Shown here: piece by piece, positions 40,879 through 50,945 of the stretch
How positions within the stretch are numbered: the first letter of the stretch is position 1
Layout of the letters: every line of letters begins with the position of its first letter
DNA from: Armatimonadota bacterium
GTDB lineage: Bacteria > Armatimonadota > SYMT01
DNA: 64,000 nucleotides
Assembly: GCA_041690135.1 (NCBI GenBank)
Contig: JAWLHY010000012.1
Coordinates: 1 to 64,000, forward strand
Direction of reading: 5' to 3'
Position numbers and translations under genes: made by a program
The notes under the pieces: generated by a model
Database searches by the model: none
What the model was told of the DNA's origin: nothing
What the model saw: only the letters and a program-made list of their open reading frames with translations

Positions 40879-41122
40879 CGCGTAGCTCCTTTCTGCCGCC
40901 AGGCTCTCGACGGATAGGGTGCCGGGAGAGCTACAGGAAGCGGGCAACGGCCTGGGGGCCAGGATGGCGGTTTCTAGGGGGTTATCTCGCCGATCGCCGC
41001 CTGCCTGGGCAATGAAGTGACCGAGATCACATCGCGGAGGATTGCGCCATCTTTAGACCGTAGTCGAATGTGAGGGTCGGTGATTCGGACCGGGCCCGGC
41101 CCGAGGAGGTGCGGGAGGCATC

Positions 41123-42415
41123 GTGGAGCAGAGAAGACACGGCTGGTACCTCATCGCTGCACTCGTCCTCATCGCGAGTGCAATCCTTTCCGGGTGCTCC
41201 GCGGGACCTGCCGACCACCGGACAGAAATCCGCTTCTGCTTTTTCGGAGGCTACGAAGAGTGGAAGCTTTGGCAACGCATGGCCCGGGAGTTCGAGAATG
41301 AAAACCCCGACCTGCGGATGAAGCTTCTCTACTGGCCGGGGCTTAACTATGAAGACAAAGTTAAGCTCGTGATGGCGGCCGGTACCGCACCGGACATCAT
41401 CTCCGCCCAGGACGAACCGTTCCCTAACTACTGTCGCCTCAACCAGTTCGAAGATCTTACGCCGTATCTCGCCCGGCACCCCGACGAGTACCACCCCGAT
41501 CTCTACTTTCCAACGTCACTCGAGACCTTCCGCTACCAGGGCCAGCAGATGGCCGTCCCCTGGAACGGCGGGCAGATGATGGTTTATTACAACCGGAAAC
41601 TCTTCCGCGAGGCGGGCCTGCCGGATCCGCCGCCGATGGATTGGACCATCGCTGACTTTACGGAGTACGCCAAACGTCTGACCCACGACCGCGATGGAGA
41701 CGGACGGACGGATCAGTTCGGCTTTGAGATCAGCGCCGTCTGGATGAGCAGTCTCATCCCGTGGGTCTGGACTTTCGGCGCCGATATCCTCGACCCGGAA
41801 ATGAGGCACTGCACCATCAATACGCCGGAAGCGCGCGCGGCTATGCAATGGCTGCGAGACCTCCGCTACCAACATCACGTGGCTCCACAGGCCTCGGAAT
41901 TCACCGGAGCAGCCGGAGCCATTTTCATGACGGGCAACCTCGGCATGGAGATCAACGGTCCCTGGCGTTTACCCTTTATGCGGGAAACGGAAGAGGACTG
42001 GGACGTGTGGCACATGCCGATCGGCCCCGGCGGTGAGCGCTGGACGAGAGGGACATGGGATGGCCTCGCAATGTATCGCCGATCACGACGGAAGGAGGAG
42101 GCCTGGCGCTTCATCCGCTTCGCCACGGGTCGCAGGGGGCAGCGCCTCGTTGCCGAGGCGGGCAGAGCCGTGCCGCCCCGCATCAGCGAAGCTCATTCGG
42201 ACGCTTTTATCCGCCCGGATACCCCCCAGCATGAAGAGCGGTTCCTGGAGGGGATGAAGTACTTCCGCACGCAGCGCATCCACCTCCGGTGGGCGGAGAT
42301 GAACACCATCCTCACGCGCGAATACGAGGCCCTGCTCCTGCCGGACGGGGACCCGGCGCGCGCGGCAACAAACATCGAAACAGAGATCAATGCGCTCCTG
42401 AGCCCGCCGAGGTAA
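41123..42415 (+). CDS. Sugar ABC transporter substrate-binding lipoprotein
   Basis: Lipobox LSGC; YYNRKLF.EAGL; GPW. Confidence 0.9.
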   Translation: MEQRRHGWYLIAALVLIASAILSGCSAGPADHRTEIRFCFFGGYEEWKLWQRMAREFENENPDLRMKLLYWPGLNYEDKVKLVMAAGTAPDIISAQDEPFPNYCRLNQFEDLTPYLARHPDEYHPDLYFPTSLETFRYQGQQMAVPWNGGQMMVYYNRKLFREAGLPDPPPMDWTIADFTEYAKRLTHDRDGDGRTDQFGFEISAVWMSSLIPWVWTFGADILDPEMRHCTINTPEARAAMQWLRDLRYQHHVAPQASEFTGAAGAIFMTGNLGMEINGPWRLPFMRETEEDWDVWHMPIGPGGERWTRGTWDGLAMYRRSRRKEEAWRFIRFATGRRGQRLVAEAGRAVPPRISEAHSDAFIRPDTPQHEERFLEGMKYFRTQRIHLRWAEMNTILTREYEALLLPDGDPARAATNIETEINALLSPPR

Positions 42416-42419
42416 TCGC

Positions 42420-43367
42420 GTGATCCCCCGAAACGATCCGGCTCTCTGGAAGAAGAAACGCCGCACCGCCCGGTGGTGGCGGGAGACGCGGGAGGGCTAT
42501 CTGTTCGCCCTGCCGTGGCTGGCCGGATTCTTCCTCTTCACACTCGGCCCGATGCTGGTCTCCATCGCAATGAGTTTCAGCCGGTGGGACGGCATAACTC
42601 CCGTCTCGCAGATGCAGTGGGTCGGCACCGAGAACTACCAGCGCCTTTTCACGGATGACCCGCGCTTTCTCAAGGCACTTTCCAACACTGCATGGTATGT
42701 GATGTGGGCGGTGCCCTTTGGTACCCTGAATGCCCTGGCCATGGCCCTGCTATTGAACCAGGAAGTAAGGGGTCAGGCCGTATTCCGGACGCTCTTCTAT
42801 CTCCCCTCCGTCGTCTCGGGTGTCTCCACGTCGATGATGTGGCTCTGGCTGTTCAACCCTTCTTTCGGGCCCATCAACTATGCCCTGGCCAAATTGGGAG
42901 TCCCCCCGGCCTATCTTCCCGGCTGGCTGACGGACGAACACTGGGCAATGAGTGCCTTCATTTTCATGTCATTGTGGGGGGTCGGCAACTCCATGTTGAT
43001 CTATCTGGCGGGGTTACAGGGGGTACCAGTACACCTGTATGAGGCCGCCGATCTGGACGGGGCCACACCCTGGGTCCGCCTCCGGCACGTCACCCTGCCG
43101 ATGTTGACCCCGACTCTCCTGTTCAACCTGATCATGGGGGTGATCGGTAGCTTTCAGACCTTCACGCAGGCGTTTGTCATGACCAATGGAGGTCCCAACG
43201 ATGCCACGCTGTTCTACGTGCTGTACCTCTACCAGAAAGCGTTCCAGCAATTCCAGATGGGGTATGCCAGTGCAATGGCCTGGGTCCTCTTCTTTATCGT
43301 GATGGCTCTGACCCTGGCACTGATGGGAAGCAGCAAGCGCTGGGTTTACTATGAGGGGGAGCGATGA
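42420..43367 (+). CDS. Sugar ABC transporter permease
   Basis: LYEAADLDGA EAA loop; TNGGPN. Confidence 0.93.
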   Translation: MIPRNDPALWKKKRRTARWWRETREGYLFALPWLAGFFLFTLGPMLVSIAMSFSRWDGITPVSQMQWVGTENYQRLFTDDPRFLKALSNTAWYVMWAVPFGTLNALAMALLLNQEVRGQAVFRTLFYLPSVVSGVSTSMMWLWLFNPSFGPINYALAKLGVPPAYLPGWLTDEHWAMSAFIFMSLWGVGNSMLIYLAGLQGVPVHLYEAADLDGATPWVRLRHVTLPMLTPTLLFNLIMGVIGSFQTFTQAFVMTNGGPNDATLFYVLYLYQKAFQQFQMGYASAMAWVLFFIVMALTLALMGSSKRWVYYEGER

Positions 43368-44260
43368 CTCTCCCAACCCCTCACAATTCCCCACCGGCAA
43401 GGGTTCACCCTGGCTCCCGGGTCCGCCCGGTGAAGGTACTCACCTACCTCGCGCTCGGCACGCTGGGCGCGCTCTTCCTGATGCCGTTCCTGTGGGCGCT
43501 CAGCGCCAGTTTCAAAACGAATGCGGAGATCTACGACTTTCCACCCCGCCTTCTTCCCAACCCCTTCCATCCGGAGAACTACCGGATCGCTGTGAGCGTT
43601 CTCCCGTTCGCCCAGTTCGCGGTCAACAGCCTGGTCATCACGGTGGCGTGCGTGATCGGGCAACTCCTCTCCGGCAGCCTGGTGGCCTATAGCTTCGCAC
43701 GCCTGCGCTGGCCGGGGCGGGAGTTCTGGTTCGTCGTGCTCCTCGGGACCATGATGCTGCCGCCGCAGGTGACCATGGTTTCGACCTTCGTCGGTTGGAC
43801 CCAGCTCCGCGCCGTCACGGGAGTTGAGTGGGTCGATACGTTCAAGCCCCTCATCCTGCCATCCTTCCTGGGGGGCAGTGCCATGTTGATCTTCCTGATG
43901 CGCCAGTTCTTCAAGACCCTGCCGCCGGAGCTGGAGGATGCGGCCCGGATCGATGGTTGCGGCACCTGGCTCACCTTCTGGAAAGTGATGCTGCCGCTCT
44001 CGCGGCCCGTCCTGGCTACGGTTGCAGTTCTTTCCTTCATCGCCCACTGGCACGACTTCCTGGGCCCCCTGATCTATCTCAGCAGCGTGGACAAGTACAC
44101 CCTCCAGATCGGGCTGCGCATGTTCCAGGACATTAACGGCACCCGGATGAACCTGCTGATGGCCGCCAGCATGATCGTCCTGGCGCCGGTACTCGTGCTG
44201 TTCTTCTCGGCGCAGCGCTATCTTGTCCGGGGCATCGTCCTCTCGGGCATCAAGGGCTGA
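43364..44260 (+). CDS. Sugar ABC transporter permease
   Basis: ELEDAARIDG; ends GIKG. Confidence 0.93.
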   Translation: MTLPTPHNSPPARVHPGSRVRPVKVLTYLALGTLGALFLMPFLWALSASFKTNAEIYDFPPRLLPNPFHPENYRIAVSVLPFAQFAVNSLVITVACVIGQLLSGSLVAYSFARLRWPGREFWFVVLLGTMMLPPQVTMVSTFVGWTQLRAVTGVEWVDTFKPLILPSFLGGSAMLIFLMRQFFKTLPPELEDAARIDGCGTWLTFWKVMLPLSRPVLATVAVLSFIAHWHDFLGPLIYLSSVDKYTLQIGLRMFQDINGTRMNLLMAASMIVLAPVLVLFFSAQRYLVRGIVLSGIKG

Positions 44261-44272
44261 ACCGTTCCACCG

Positions 44273-45493
44273 GTGAATCCCGTTAGAGTGGAGGAGACAT
44301 CTCTTCCAGCGCGGTTCCGGAGACCCACCATGCCCCCTCTCGCCCTGTCGCCTGCACTTGAAACGGCCCGCGCTCGTCTGGAGCAGGACCCCACCGATCC
44401 CGTTGCGTGCGGGGACTTACGAGCCTTGCTGGTAGGCCTCCAACCCCCTTCCGTCAGTCATACCCTGGCGGAGGTGGTCGATCTGCTGGAAGCCAGCGAC
44501 CTGAGGGCCCCTGTAGTAGGGGAACGCCGTTTGCCGCGCCTGGGGAAAGGTCTTCAGGAGTCGCTGGTCCTTCACCCCCGCGAACGCGCCCAACGCCACC
44601 ACCAGCTGGCCTCCGTCCTGGGGCGGCTGCTACACCTGCTCCAGGGGGATGAGTCGGCCCAGGCTATTGCCCGTGTGACGGAGAAAGCTACCCCGGAGAG
44701 CCATCCTCGCCTCGGCCGCCTGACAGCGGCCTGCAGCCGCGCCCTCGAGATCACGCCACCGGAGATCCGCATCGCCCGGGGAGAGGAACGACTCTTCCTG
44801 CCCCTGGTCGATCGTGAGCCGTTCCTCTGCGTCCATCACATCTGGACGGCGCCCCCAGTCGCTCCGGGCGCTGGGGAGGCGCGGGACCAGGGCCTCTCCA
44901 CCGCCGAGTTGCTCTTCGCCCTTGGGCATTCGCTCCAGCACGTCCACTCCAACCACACTGCGCTCTTACAACTTGGCTCGGAGTGTCTGGAAGCGCTGTT
45001 GCTCGACCAGGTGCCGTTCCTGGTCCGCACACCGCTCAAGTTCGCCTCCAAAGCGGTCGGGGCGACCCGGATCAATGTGGCCGTCAAGAGGGTGGGAGAT
45101 CGCCTACCGGACCGCTCCCGGTCCCGGCGGGTCGTGAATGCGCTGGGAAACCTCTTGCCGGACCACCAGCAGCAGACCGTCCTGCCGGAAACCGTGCATG
45201 AGTGGGTCCGCGCCTGGATCCAGGGAGTCGAGTACAGCGCGGATCGGGCCGGGCTTCTTCTCTGCGGTAGTCTCCCGGCGGCCATCAACGTCATGTTCCG
45301 CCTCAGCCCAGCTCTTGCCCCCGCTTTGCCCGACCTCGCTGCGTCCGGTCTACGCGCGGCACTCACCCTTCACCGCGACCTGGACCGGGCATGCGCCGAC
45401 CGCATTCGCGAGTTGCTCCGCTTCAGTCTCTCCCGCCCCTACCTGGAGTTCGTCATCGCCAGCACTCCCATGGAGCGCGAACTCCCTGTCTAG
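44273..45493 (+). CDS. M48 peptidase-like protein with degenerate HExxH
   Basis: ELLFALGHSLQHV...EYSADRAGLL. Confidence 0.65.
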   Translation: MNPVRVEETSLPARFRRPTMPPLALSPALETARARLEQDPTDPVACGDLRALLVGLQPPSVSHTLAEVVDLLEASDLRAPVVGERRLPRLGKGLQESLVLHPRERAQRHHQLASVLGRLLHLLQGDESAQAIARVTEKATPESHPRLGRLTAACSRALEITPPEIRIARGEERLFLPLVDREPFLCVHHIWTAPPVAPGAGEARDQGLSTAELLFALGHSLQHVHSNHTALLQLGSECLEALLLDQVPFLVRTPLKFASKAVGATRINVAVKRVGDRLPDRSRSRRVVNALGNLLPDHQQQTVLPETVHEWVRAWIQGVEYSADRAGLLLCGSLPAAINVMFRLSPALAPALPDLAASGLRAALTLHRDLDRACADRIRELLRFSLSRPYLEFVIASTPMERELPV

Positions 45494-46236
45494 GACTGCC
45501 GCCCTTCAGAACTTAGCCCACGCCGGCCCATCACTCTCGTTTTCCTGAGAACCTTGGCGGTTTCTCTGGGTGCCGTCTCTTTGCGTTTGGGGCCTCCCGC
45601 GCGGTTGCACTCCGCCTCCTGGTTGCACTCCGCCTCCCGGTCCTCTCTTGCCGCGATCACACCCGATCGACCTAGCGCCGCTCTTGCTACACTCCCGGGT
45701 CCTCCCGGTCCGCTACGGCCATGCGCTTCCCGGATAACCCGCACGACGGCTCTTCAGCAGGATCAAGTTCGGGCTGCCGCCGCCTTACTACTAGTATTAG
45801 AAAGCGAGCACCGTCATTTCGACCGCGCTCCGACCGTTACCTGGGATTACCAAGAACCCTGACAACGCCTCACATCGCCTGACATTACAGGTACTGGATA
45901 GCCCTCACATACAGGCTCATTTTGCTCTTACATCCCCTAACAACAATCGACCAGGAGCTCTCCATTGGCAGGCATAAGAATCTGACTGGCGGGATCGGCA
46001 ATCCCTAACATCCCTTTACATTGGTCTAACGTTATAGATCTCCGCCACGGGCTGGCGATGGACAGCCCCTCAACATCTCCCGAAACCCGGAAAAATGATG
46101 CGAGTGCTGACATCACACGCAGAATGCTCTCCAGCCGTTGAACGGATTCCCGTAACCCCGAAAGCCCCAAGGTCGTCTCACTACCCGGTAGGCTAACGGC
46201 TTTCCTGCATCCAGGCACTCGCACAGTGAGAACCCT

Positions 46237-46971
46237 ATGTCCCAGCCGTCCCCCTGGCAACCTGCGGCCGAACGAGTAGTGGCGTTATTGCGCTCCGATG
46301 ACCCCGGCGAAGCTTTCGCTTTCCTGGATTCCCTCGCCTCGGCCGATGACTCCCAACGCAACTGGATCGCAGCGTTCCGGGGCACCGGGAATGTACTCTA
46401 CTGGCAGCATAAGGCCTTGAAGGAGTACGTGATCCTCAGCCGTGAGATCATCCGAAGGCTGCATGAGGCGCTGATCACGCAGTCTGATGGGGGCGACCGC
46501 GAGGCCCTGGTGCGGCCACTCGGAGGGGAGTGCTACAACCTGGCTTCTTTCGCCTGGCCCGGTTGGGACGAGCCGGGGATCACCGTCGGTCCGGAGGAAC
46601 TGTCCGCCGGCCGCGAGGCCGCCGCGCTCTGCCTGGAGATTCGGACGGATCCGGCCAACCAGGGGGTAGCGTTCGGTTACACCTCCGCAATGGCCTATTG
46701 GGTCGTAGCCGCCTACGCCCTGAGCGACCGGAGCTATTCCCGGGCCGTCGATCTCTTCAGTCAGGCCGCCGACCTGGAGCGGAATGCCGGAGAGCATGGA
46801 CTGCTCAACGCGGGATATGCCGCCCTGGCCCGGTGGCTGGCGTCCCCTTCGACGGAAACAGAAGCGGCCTTTACCTCCGTGCTCGAACAACTCGCCGCCC
46901 GCGTTGGTGACGAGGATGCCGCGTTCTACCGGGAACAACTCCTCACCGCCCGGCGCGTCTTTGGTGCTTGA
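46237..46971 (+). CDS. Hypothetical helical protein
   Basis: YNLASF.WPGWDEPG motif; codon usage like its neighbours. Confidence 0.7.
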   Translation: MSQPSPWQPAAERVVALLRSDDPGEAFAFLDSLASADDSQRNWIAAFRGTGNVLYWQHKALKEYVILSREIIRRLHEALITQSDGGDREALVRPLGGECYNLASFAWPGWDEPGITVGPEELSAGREAAALCLEIRTDPANQGVAFGYTSAMAYWVVAAYALSDRSYSRAVDLFSQAADLERNAGEHGLLNAGYAALARWLASPSTETEAAFTSVLEQLAARVGDEDAAFYREQLLTARRVFGA

Positions 46972-47025
46972 ACCAGTTCATGACGACTCCCACTGGCTGG
47001 CGAAGCACAAGAAAGCACCCGCTCT

Positions 47026-47054
47026 TTGACACTGCGAGGGTATGCTGATATAAG
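47026..47054 (+). promoter_or_regulatory. sigma70 promoter for the yabE-like-rsmA-dgoD operon
   Basis: TTGACA-17-TATAAG with extended TG. Confidence 0.6.
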
Positions 47055-47212
47055 ACAGCGGTCTTCGGACTTTCGTGGGCCCTGGTCCGCAAGCTGGCGC
47101 GGGAGAAGGTGCATCGCACGTACTCCAGGCGCGACGCTGCGGAAAGGGACCCAGGGAGCGGGTTGAAGCCAGGCGTACCGGCCCGCTTTCGCGCCAACGA
47201 AAGGTGAATCGC

Positions 47213-48079
47213 TTGATTGCCCTCCGCCCCCCAGCTGCCCGGCCCCAGCCCGCCCGGCACCTCCGTTCCCCCGGTTTCATCCCCCGGACCAGTCTCCTTT
47301 TCATCCTCACCCTCCTCGCTTTCGGCAGCGTTTCTCCCGCCCGCTCCGAGCTGCGCCCGGTGCGCATCCAGGTCGATGGCCGCACCCTCACAGTGAACAC
47401 CCCGGCCGATACAGTCCGCGACGCGCTCGCGCGGGCCGGCGTAGAGCTCGGTAACGACGACGAGGTCCAGCCCGCGCTCGACCACGAAGTGCCGGAAGAC
47501 AGCGCCATCCGCGTTCGCCGCGTTACCTACAGCGAGGGGAAGATGGAGGCCAAGATCCCCTACCGCACCGTGGTTCGGCCCGCCACCAAGGCGCGGAAGC
47601 CGTACCATCCCACCGTAACCCGCGAGGGGCGGCCCGGCCTCAAGCAGATCGTCTACCGCGCGAAGCTGGTCGACGGTCAGGAGGTGAGCCGCGCGACCCT
47701 CTTGGAGACGGTGGTCCGCGAGCCGGTGCATCAGATCGTCACCTCGCGCTCCCCCTCTACTCTCGGATCCCGCGGCGTCTACGCCGGCCGGCGCACCCTT
47801 ACGGTCCTCACCACCGCCTACGACCCCGGCGCGGGGAGCTGCGGCAAGTTCGCTGATGGCAAAACCTGCAACGGCAAGCGCGCGGGCTACGGCATCATCG
47901 CGGTCGATCCGAAGGTCTTCCCCCTGGGCATCAAGCTGTTCGTGCCGGGCTACGGCTACGGGATCACGGCCGACGTGGGCGGGGCCATCAAGGGCAACCG
48001 GCTCGATCTCGGCTTCAACTCCCGTTCCGGTGCGCTGAAGTGGGGGAAGAAGTGGGTGAAGGTCACTATCCTCGACTGA
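47213..48079 (+). CDS. YabE-like cell-wall protein (DUF348, G5 and 3D domains)
   Basis: TV.DAL..AGVELG.DDEV.P; G5 GRPG.K; 3D IAVDPKVFPLG...DVGGAIKGNRLDL; upstream of rsmA as in Firmicutes. Confidence 0.88.
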   Translation: MIALRPPAARPQPARHLRSPGFIPRTSLLFILTLLAFGSVSPARSELRPVRIQVDGRTLTVNTPADTVRDALARAGVELGNDDEVQPALDHEVPEDSAIRVRRVTYSEGKMEAKIPYRTVVRPATKARKPYHPTVTREGRPGLKQIVYRAKLVDGQEVSRATLLETVVREPVHQIVTSRSPSTLGSRGVYAGRRTLTVLTTAYDPGAGSCGKFADGKTCNGKRAGYGIIAVDPKVFPLGIKLFVPGYGYGITADVGGAIKGNRLDLGFNSRSGALKWGKKWVKVTILD

Positions 48080-48089
48080 GCTCACCCGC

Positions 48090-49013
48090 ATGCAAGAAGC
48101 ACCGAATCTGACCGCGCCGTCGGTGGTGAAGGAGATCCTGCGTCGCCGCGGGATCCGGCCCACCCGCCGGTGGGGTCAAAACTTCCTCATCGATGGCAAC
48201 CTGCTCGCCAAAGTGGTAGATGCGGGTGAGCTATCGCCGGACGATGGCGTGCTGGAGATCGGCCCGGGGCTGGGGGCGCTCACCCGGGCGCTCGCGGAGC
48301 GGGCGGAGCGGGTCCTGGCCGTGGAGATCGACCCCACCCTCTACGCCGCACTGACGGAAGAGACCACCTGCGACCTCACGAACGTCGAAGTTCTCCACGC
48401 CGACTTCCTGCAGGTCGACCTTGATCGCACCCTTCCCGAAAAGCTGGGCCCCGGCCGCCACCCGGTAGTCGCCAATATCCCCTATAGCATTACCAGTCCG
48501 GTGGTCGTCCGGCTGCTGGAGCACCGGCACCTGTTCGACCGGATCGTGTTGATGGTCCAGCGCGAGGTCGCCGATCGCATCACCGCGGCACCGGATAGCT
48601 CGGACTACGGTTCCCTCACCCTGTTCGTACACCTCTTCAGCGATGCGCGGCGGGTGGCCGTGGTGCCGCACCGGGCCTTTCTGCCGGCGCCGGACGTGGA
48701 CAGCGCCATCATACGACTCGACGTACGCGAGGAGCCGCGGTTCCCGGATCTCACGCCGGAGTGTTACCTGGAGGTGGTCCATTCCGCGTTCCGGCAGCGC
48801 CGCAAGAACCTCGCCAACGCGCTCACCGGTCCCCCCCTCAACTGGACTCGCGAGCAGGCCCGCGCCGCATTGGCGGCCGCCGGTATCGATCCCATGCGAC
48901 GGGGCGAAACCCTCACCCCGGAAGAGTTCGCAGCGTTGGCGCGTACCCAGGTCGTCTTGGCGGTTGAACACACCCCACCGGAGACTCCCTATCTTGAAGA
49001 TCACGAAACTTGA
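48090..49013 (+). CDS. rsmA: 16S rRNA dimethyladenosine transferase RsmA/KsgA
   Basis: GQNFL, VLEIGPGLGALT, VANIPYSIT, MVQREVA, F.QRRK. Confidence 0.96.
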   Translation: MQEAPNLTAPSVVKEILRRRGIRPTRRWGQNFLIDGNLLAKVVDAGELSPDDGVLEIGPGLGALTRALAERAERVLAVEIDPTLYAALTEETTCDLTNVEVLHADFLQVDLDRTLPEKLGPGRHPVVANIPYSITSPVVVRLLEHRHLFDRIVLMVQREVADRITAAPDSSDYGSLTLFVHLFSDARRVAVVPHRAFLPAPDVDSAIIRLDVREEPRFPDLTPECYLEVVHSAFRQRRKNLANALTGPPLNWTREQARAALAAAGIDPMRRGETLTPEEFAALARTQVVLAVEHTPPETPYLEDHET

Positions 49014-50109
49014 AACCCTCCTCGTCCAGCCGCGCTGGCTGTTCCTGAAGATGCACACCGACACGGGCCTGGTCGGCTACGGCGAGCCGGTGGTGGAAGG
49101 CCGCGCTCACACGGTCCAGCAGGCCGTGCAGGAACTGGAGGAGTACCTGATCGGGCAGGACCCGCGCCGGATCGAGCACCACTGGCAAGCCATCTACCGG
49201 CACTCCTTTTACCGCGGCGGTCCCGTGCTCACCAGCGCGCTCAGCGGGATCGAACAGGCGATGTGGGATATCCTCGGCAAGTCGCTGGGAGTCCCGGTCT
49301 ATCAGCTCCTGGGGGGCGCGTGCCGGGACCGGATCCGGATGTACGCGCATTGCGGCGGTGTCACGCCGGAGGAGGCCGCCACCGCAGCGAAGGCAAAGGT
49401 GGCGGAAGGGTTCACGGCGTTGAAGACCGGCGTCGGTCGCGTCCCGGCCCGGATGATCGAGAGCCCGGCCTTTGTGGAGCAATGTGCCGAGCGGTTCGCG
49501 GCAATGCGGGATGCGGTGGGCCCGGAGGTCGACATCGCCATCGACTTCCACGGGCAGATCAGCCCCGCCCTGGCGATCCGGCTGGCGCAAGCCCTCGAGC
49601 CGTACCACCCCATGTTCATCGAAGAGCCGTGTCTCCCGCAGAACGTCGACACGATGGTCACCGTGGCCCGCTCGACCTCCATCCCCATCGCCACCGGCGA
49701 GCGGCTCTTCACCAAGTGGGGCTTCCGCGAGGTGCTGGAAAAGCAGGCCGCCGTGGTGGTTCAGCCCGACCTCTGCCACGCCGGCGGCATCCTGGAATCG
49801 AAGAAGATCGCCGCCATGGCCGAGTGCTATTACGCCGGGGTCGCCCCGCACAACCCGCTGGGACCGATCTCCCTGGCCTCCTGCTTGCAGCTCGACGCCT
49901 GTATCCCCAACTTCCTCGTCCAGGAGCAAGTGAGCCTCGGCGAAGGGTACCTGAAGACCCCCTTCCAGGTGGTGAACGGCTACATCGACCTGCCCACTGC
50001 CCCCGGTCTCGGCATTGAGTTGGATGAAGAGGCCGTCGCGGCAAAGCTTGGCCACCACTGGCGGAACCCGCAGCTCTACCACGAAGACGGCTCCGTCGCG
50101 GACTGGTAG
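48994..50109 (+). CDS. dgoD: Galactonate dehydratase (enolase superfamily)
   Basis: PRWLFLK, GEPVVEG, FYRGGP, DFHG, IATGERL, PHNPLGP, DGSVADW. Confidence 0.9.
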   Translation: MKITKLETLLVQPRWLFLKMHTDTGLVGYGEPVVEGRAHTVQQAVQELEEYLIGQDPRRIEHHWQAIYRHSFYRGGPVLTSALSGIEQAMWDILGKSLGVPVYQLLGGACRDRIRMYAHCGGVTPEEAATAAKAKVAEGFTALKTGVGRVPARMIESPAFVEQCAERFAAMRDAVGPEVDIAIDFHGQISPALAIRLAQALEPYHPMFIEEPCLPQNVDTMVTVARSTSIPIATGERLFTKWGFREVLEKQAAVVVQPDLCHAGGILESKKIAAMAECYYAGVAPHNPLGPISLASCLQLDACIPNFLVQEQVSLGEGYLKTPFQVVNGYIDLPTAPGLGIELDEEAVAAKLGHHWRNPQLYHEDGSVADW

Positions 50110-50124
50110 CAGCGGCACCCGGGC

Positions 50125-50158
50125 AAAAAAGAGCCAGGATCACGGAGTGATCCTGGCT
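50125..50158 (-). terminator. Intrinsic terminator between convergent dgoD and VOC genes
   Basis: 12-bp stem agccaggatcac/gtgatcctggct with an A6 tract on the + strand. Confidence 0.75.
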
Positions 50159-50265
50159 TCACACTGAGCTGCTTGTCGTATCCAACCGTTGGACGACGGA
50201 TGCTAACCGGGTGTTCCACCGAAAAGCGACCAACCGCCACAATGTTTATCGCTCCTCCACCCTCC

Positions 50266-50335
50266 CTCTCCGCTCGCTCCACTCTCCGCTCGCTCCACTC
50301 TCCGCTCGCTCCACTCTCCGCTCGCTCCACTCTCC
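50266..50335. repeat. 16-bp tandem repeat x4 (ctctccgctcgctcca)
   Basis: Four perfect contiguous units plus a partial unit. Confidence 0.9.
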
Positions 50336-50342
50336 ACCGCTC

Positions 50343-50702
50343 CTACCGTTGCCACCACTCGTCAACGACACTCAGGTCCACCACCTGGATGCGATTCCCC
50401 CACGGGTCCCGGAAATCGCAAGCGAAGGGTGGGATCAGTTCCAACCCCCACGCCTGGACCTTTTCCCGCACCAGGGCGATCTCGTCGTCGTCCTTCACGA
50501 TGATGCCGAAGTGGCGCACGGCGTCCGGCGAGCGCTCCTCCACCTGGAATAGCGCGAGGAACTGGTGGGCACCTACTTTGAAGAAGGCCTCGCCCTCACC
50601 ATCACTCGTACGCTCCAGACCGAACACTTCGGTGTAAAACTGCACGGCCCGATCGATATCGGTCACCTCCAGCGCAACGTGATTCATTCCGTAAACGGTC
50701 AT
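50343..50702 (-). CDS. VOC/glyoxalase family protein
   Basis: NHVALEV.DI.RAV.FY..VFG; HFG; FRDPWGNRIQ. Confidence 0.9.
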   Translation of the reverse strand: MTVYGMNHVALEVTDIDRAVQFYTEVFGLERTSDGEGEAFFKVGAHQFLALFQVEERSPDAVRHFGIIVKDDDEIALVREKVQAWGLELIPPFACDFRDPWGNRIQVVDLSVVDEWWQR

Positions 50703-50945
50703 TTTCCTCTCCCACGGCGTCGTGCCATTGCCGCCTACCGCTACCATAACCGGTTCCGCCACCCGTGTGTCGTGTTCTAGCGTAGGCCCGGCCGAACCAC
50801 CGCCGTCCGGGTCACCGATCTGTCGCCAACGCAAACGGGGAGGCCTTCCGTCCGCCTGTGACGAACGAATAGCAGAGCCAATCACCCCACGATTCATCCG
50901 AGGTCCGGAGTTCCTCTCTATGGGAGGCTGCCGGTCGGATACGGA

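Noticed and set aside
50266-50335. Possible CRISPR array
   Set aside because: Contiguous repeats without spacers; no cas genes in the window
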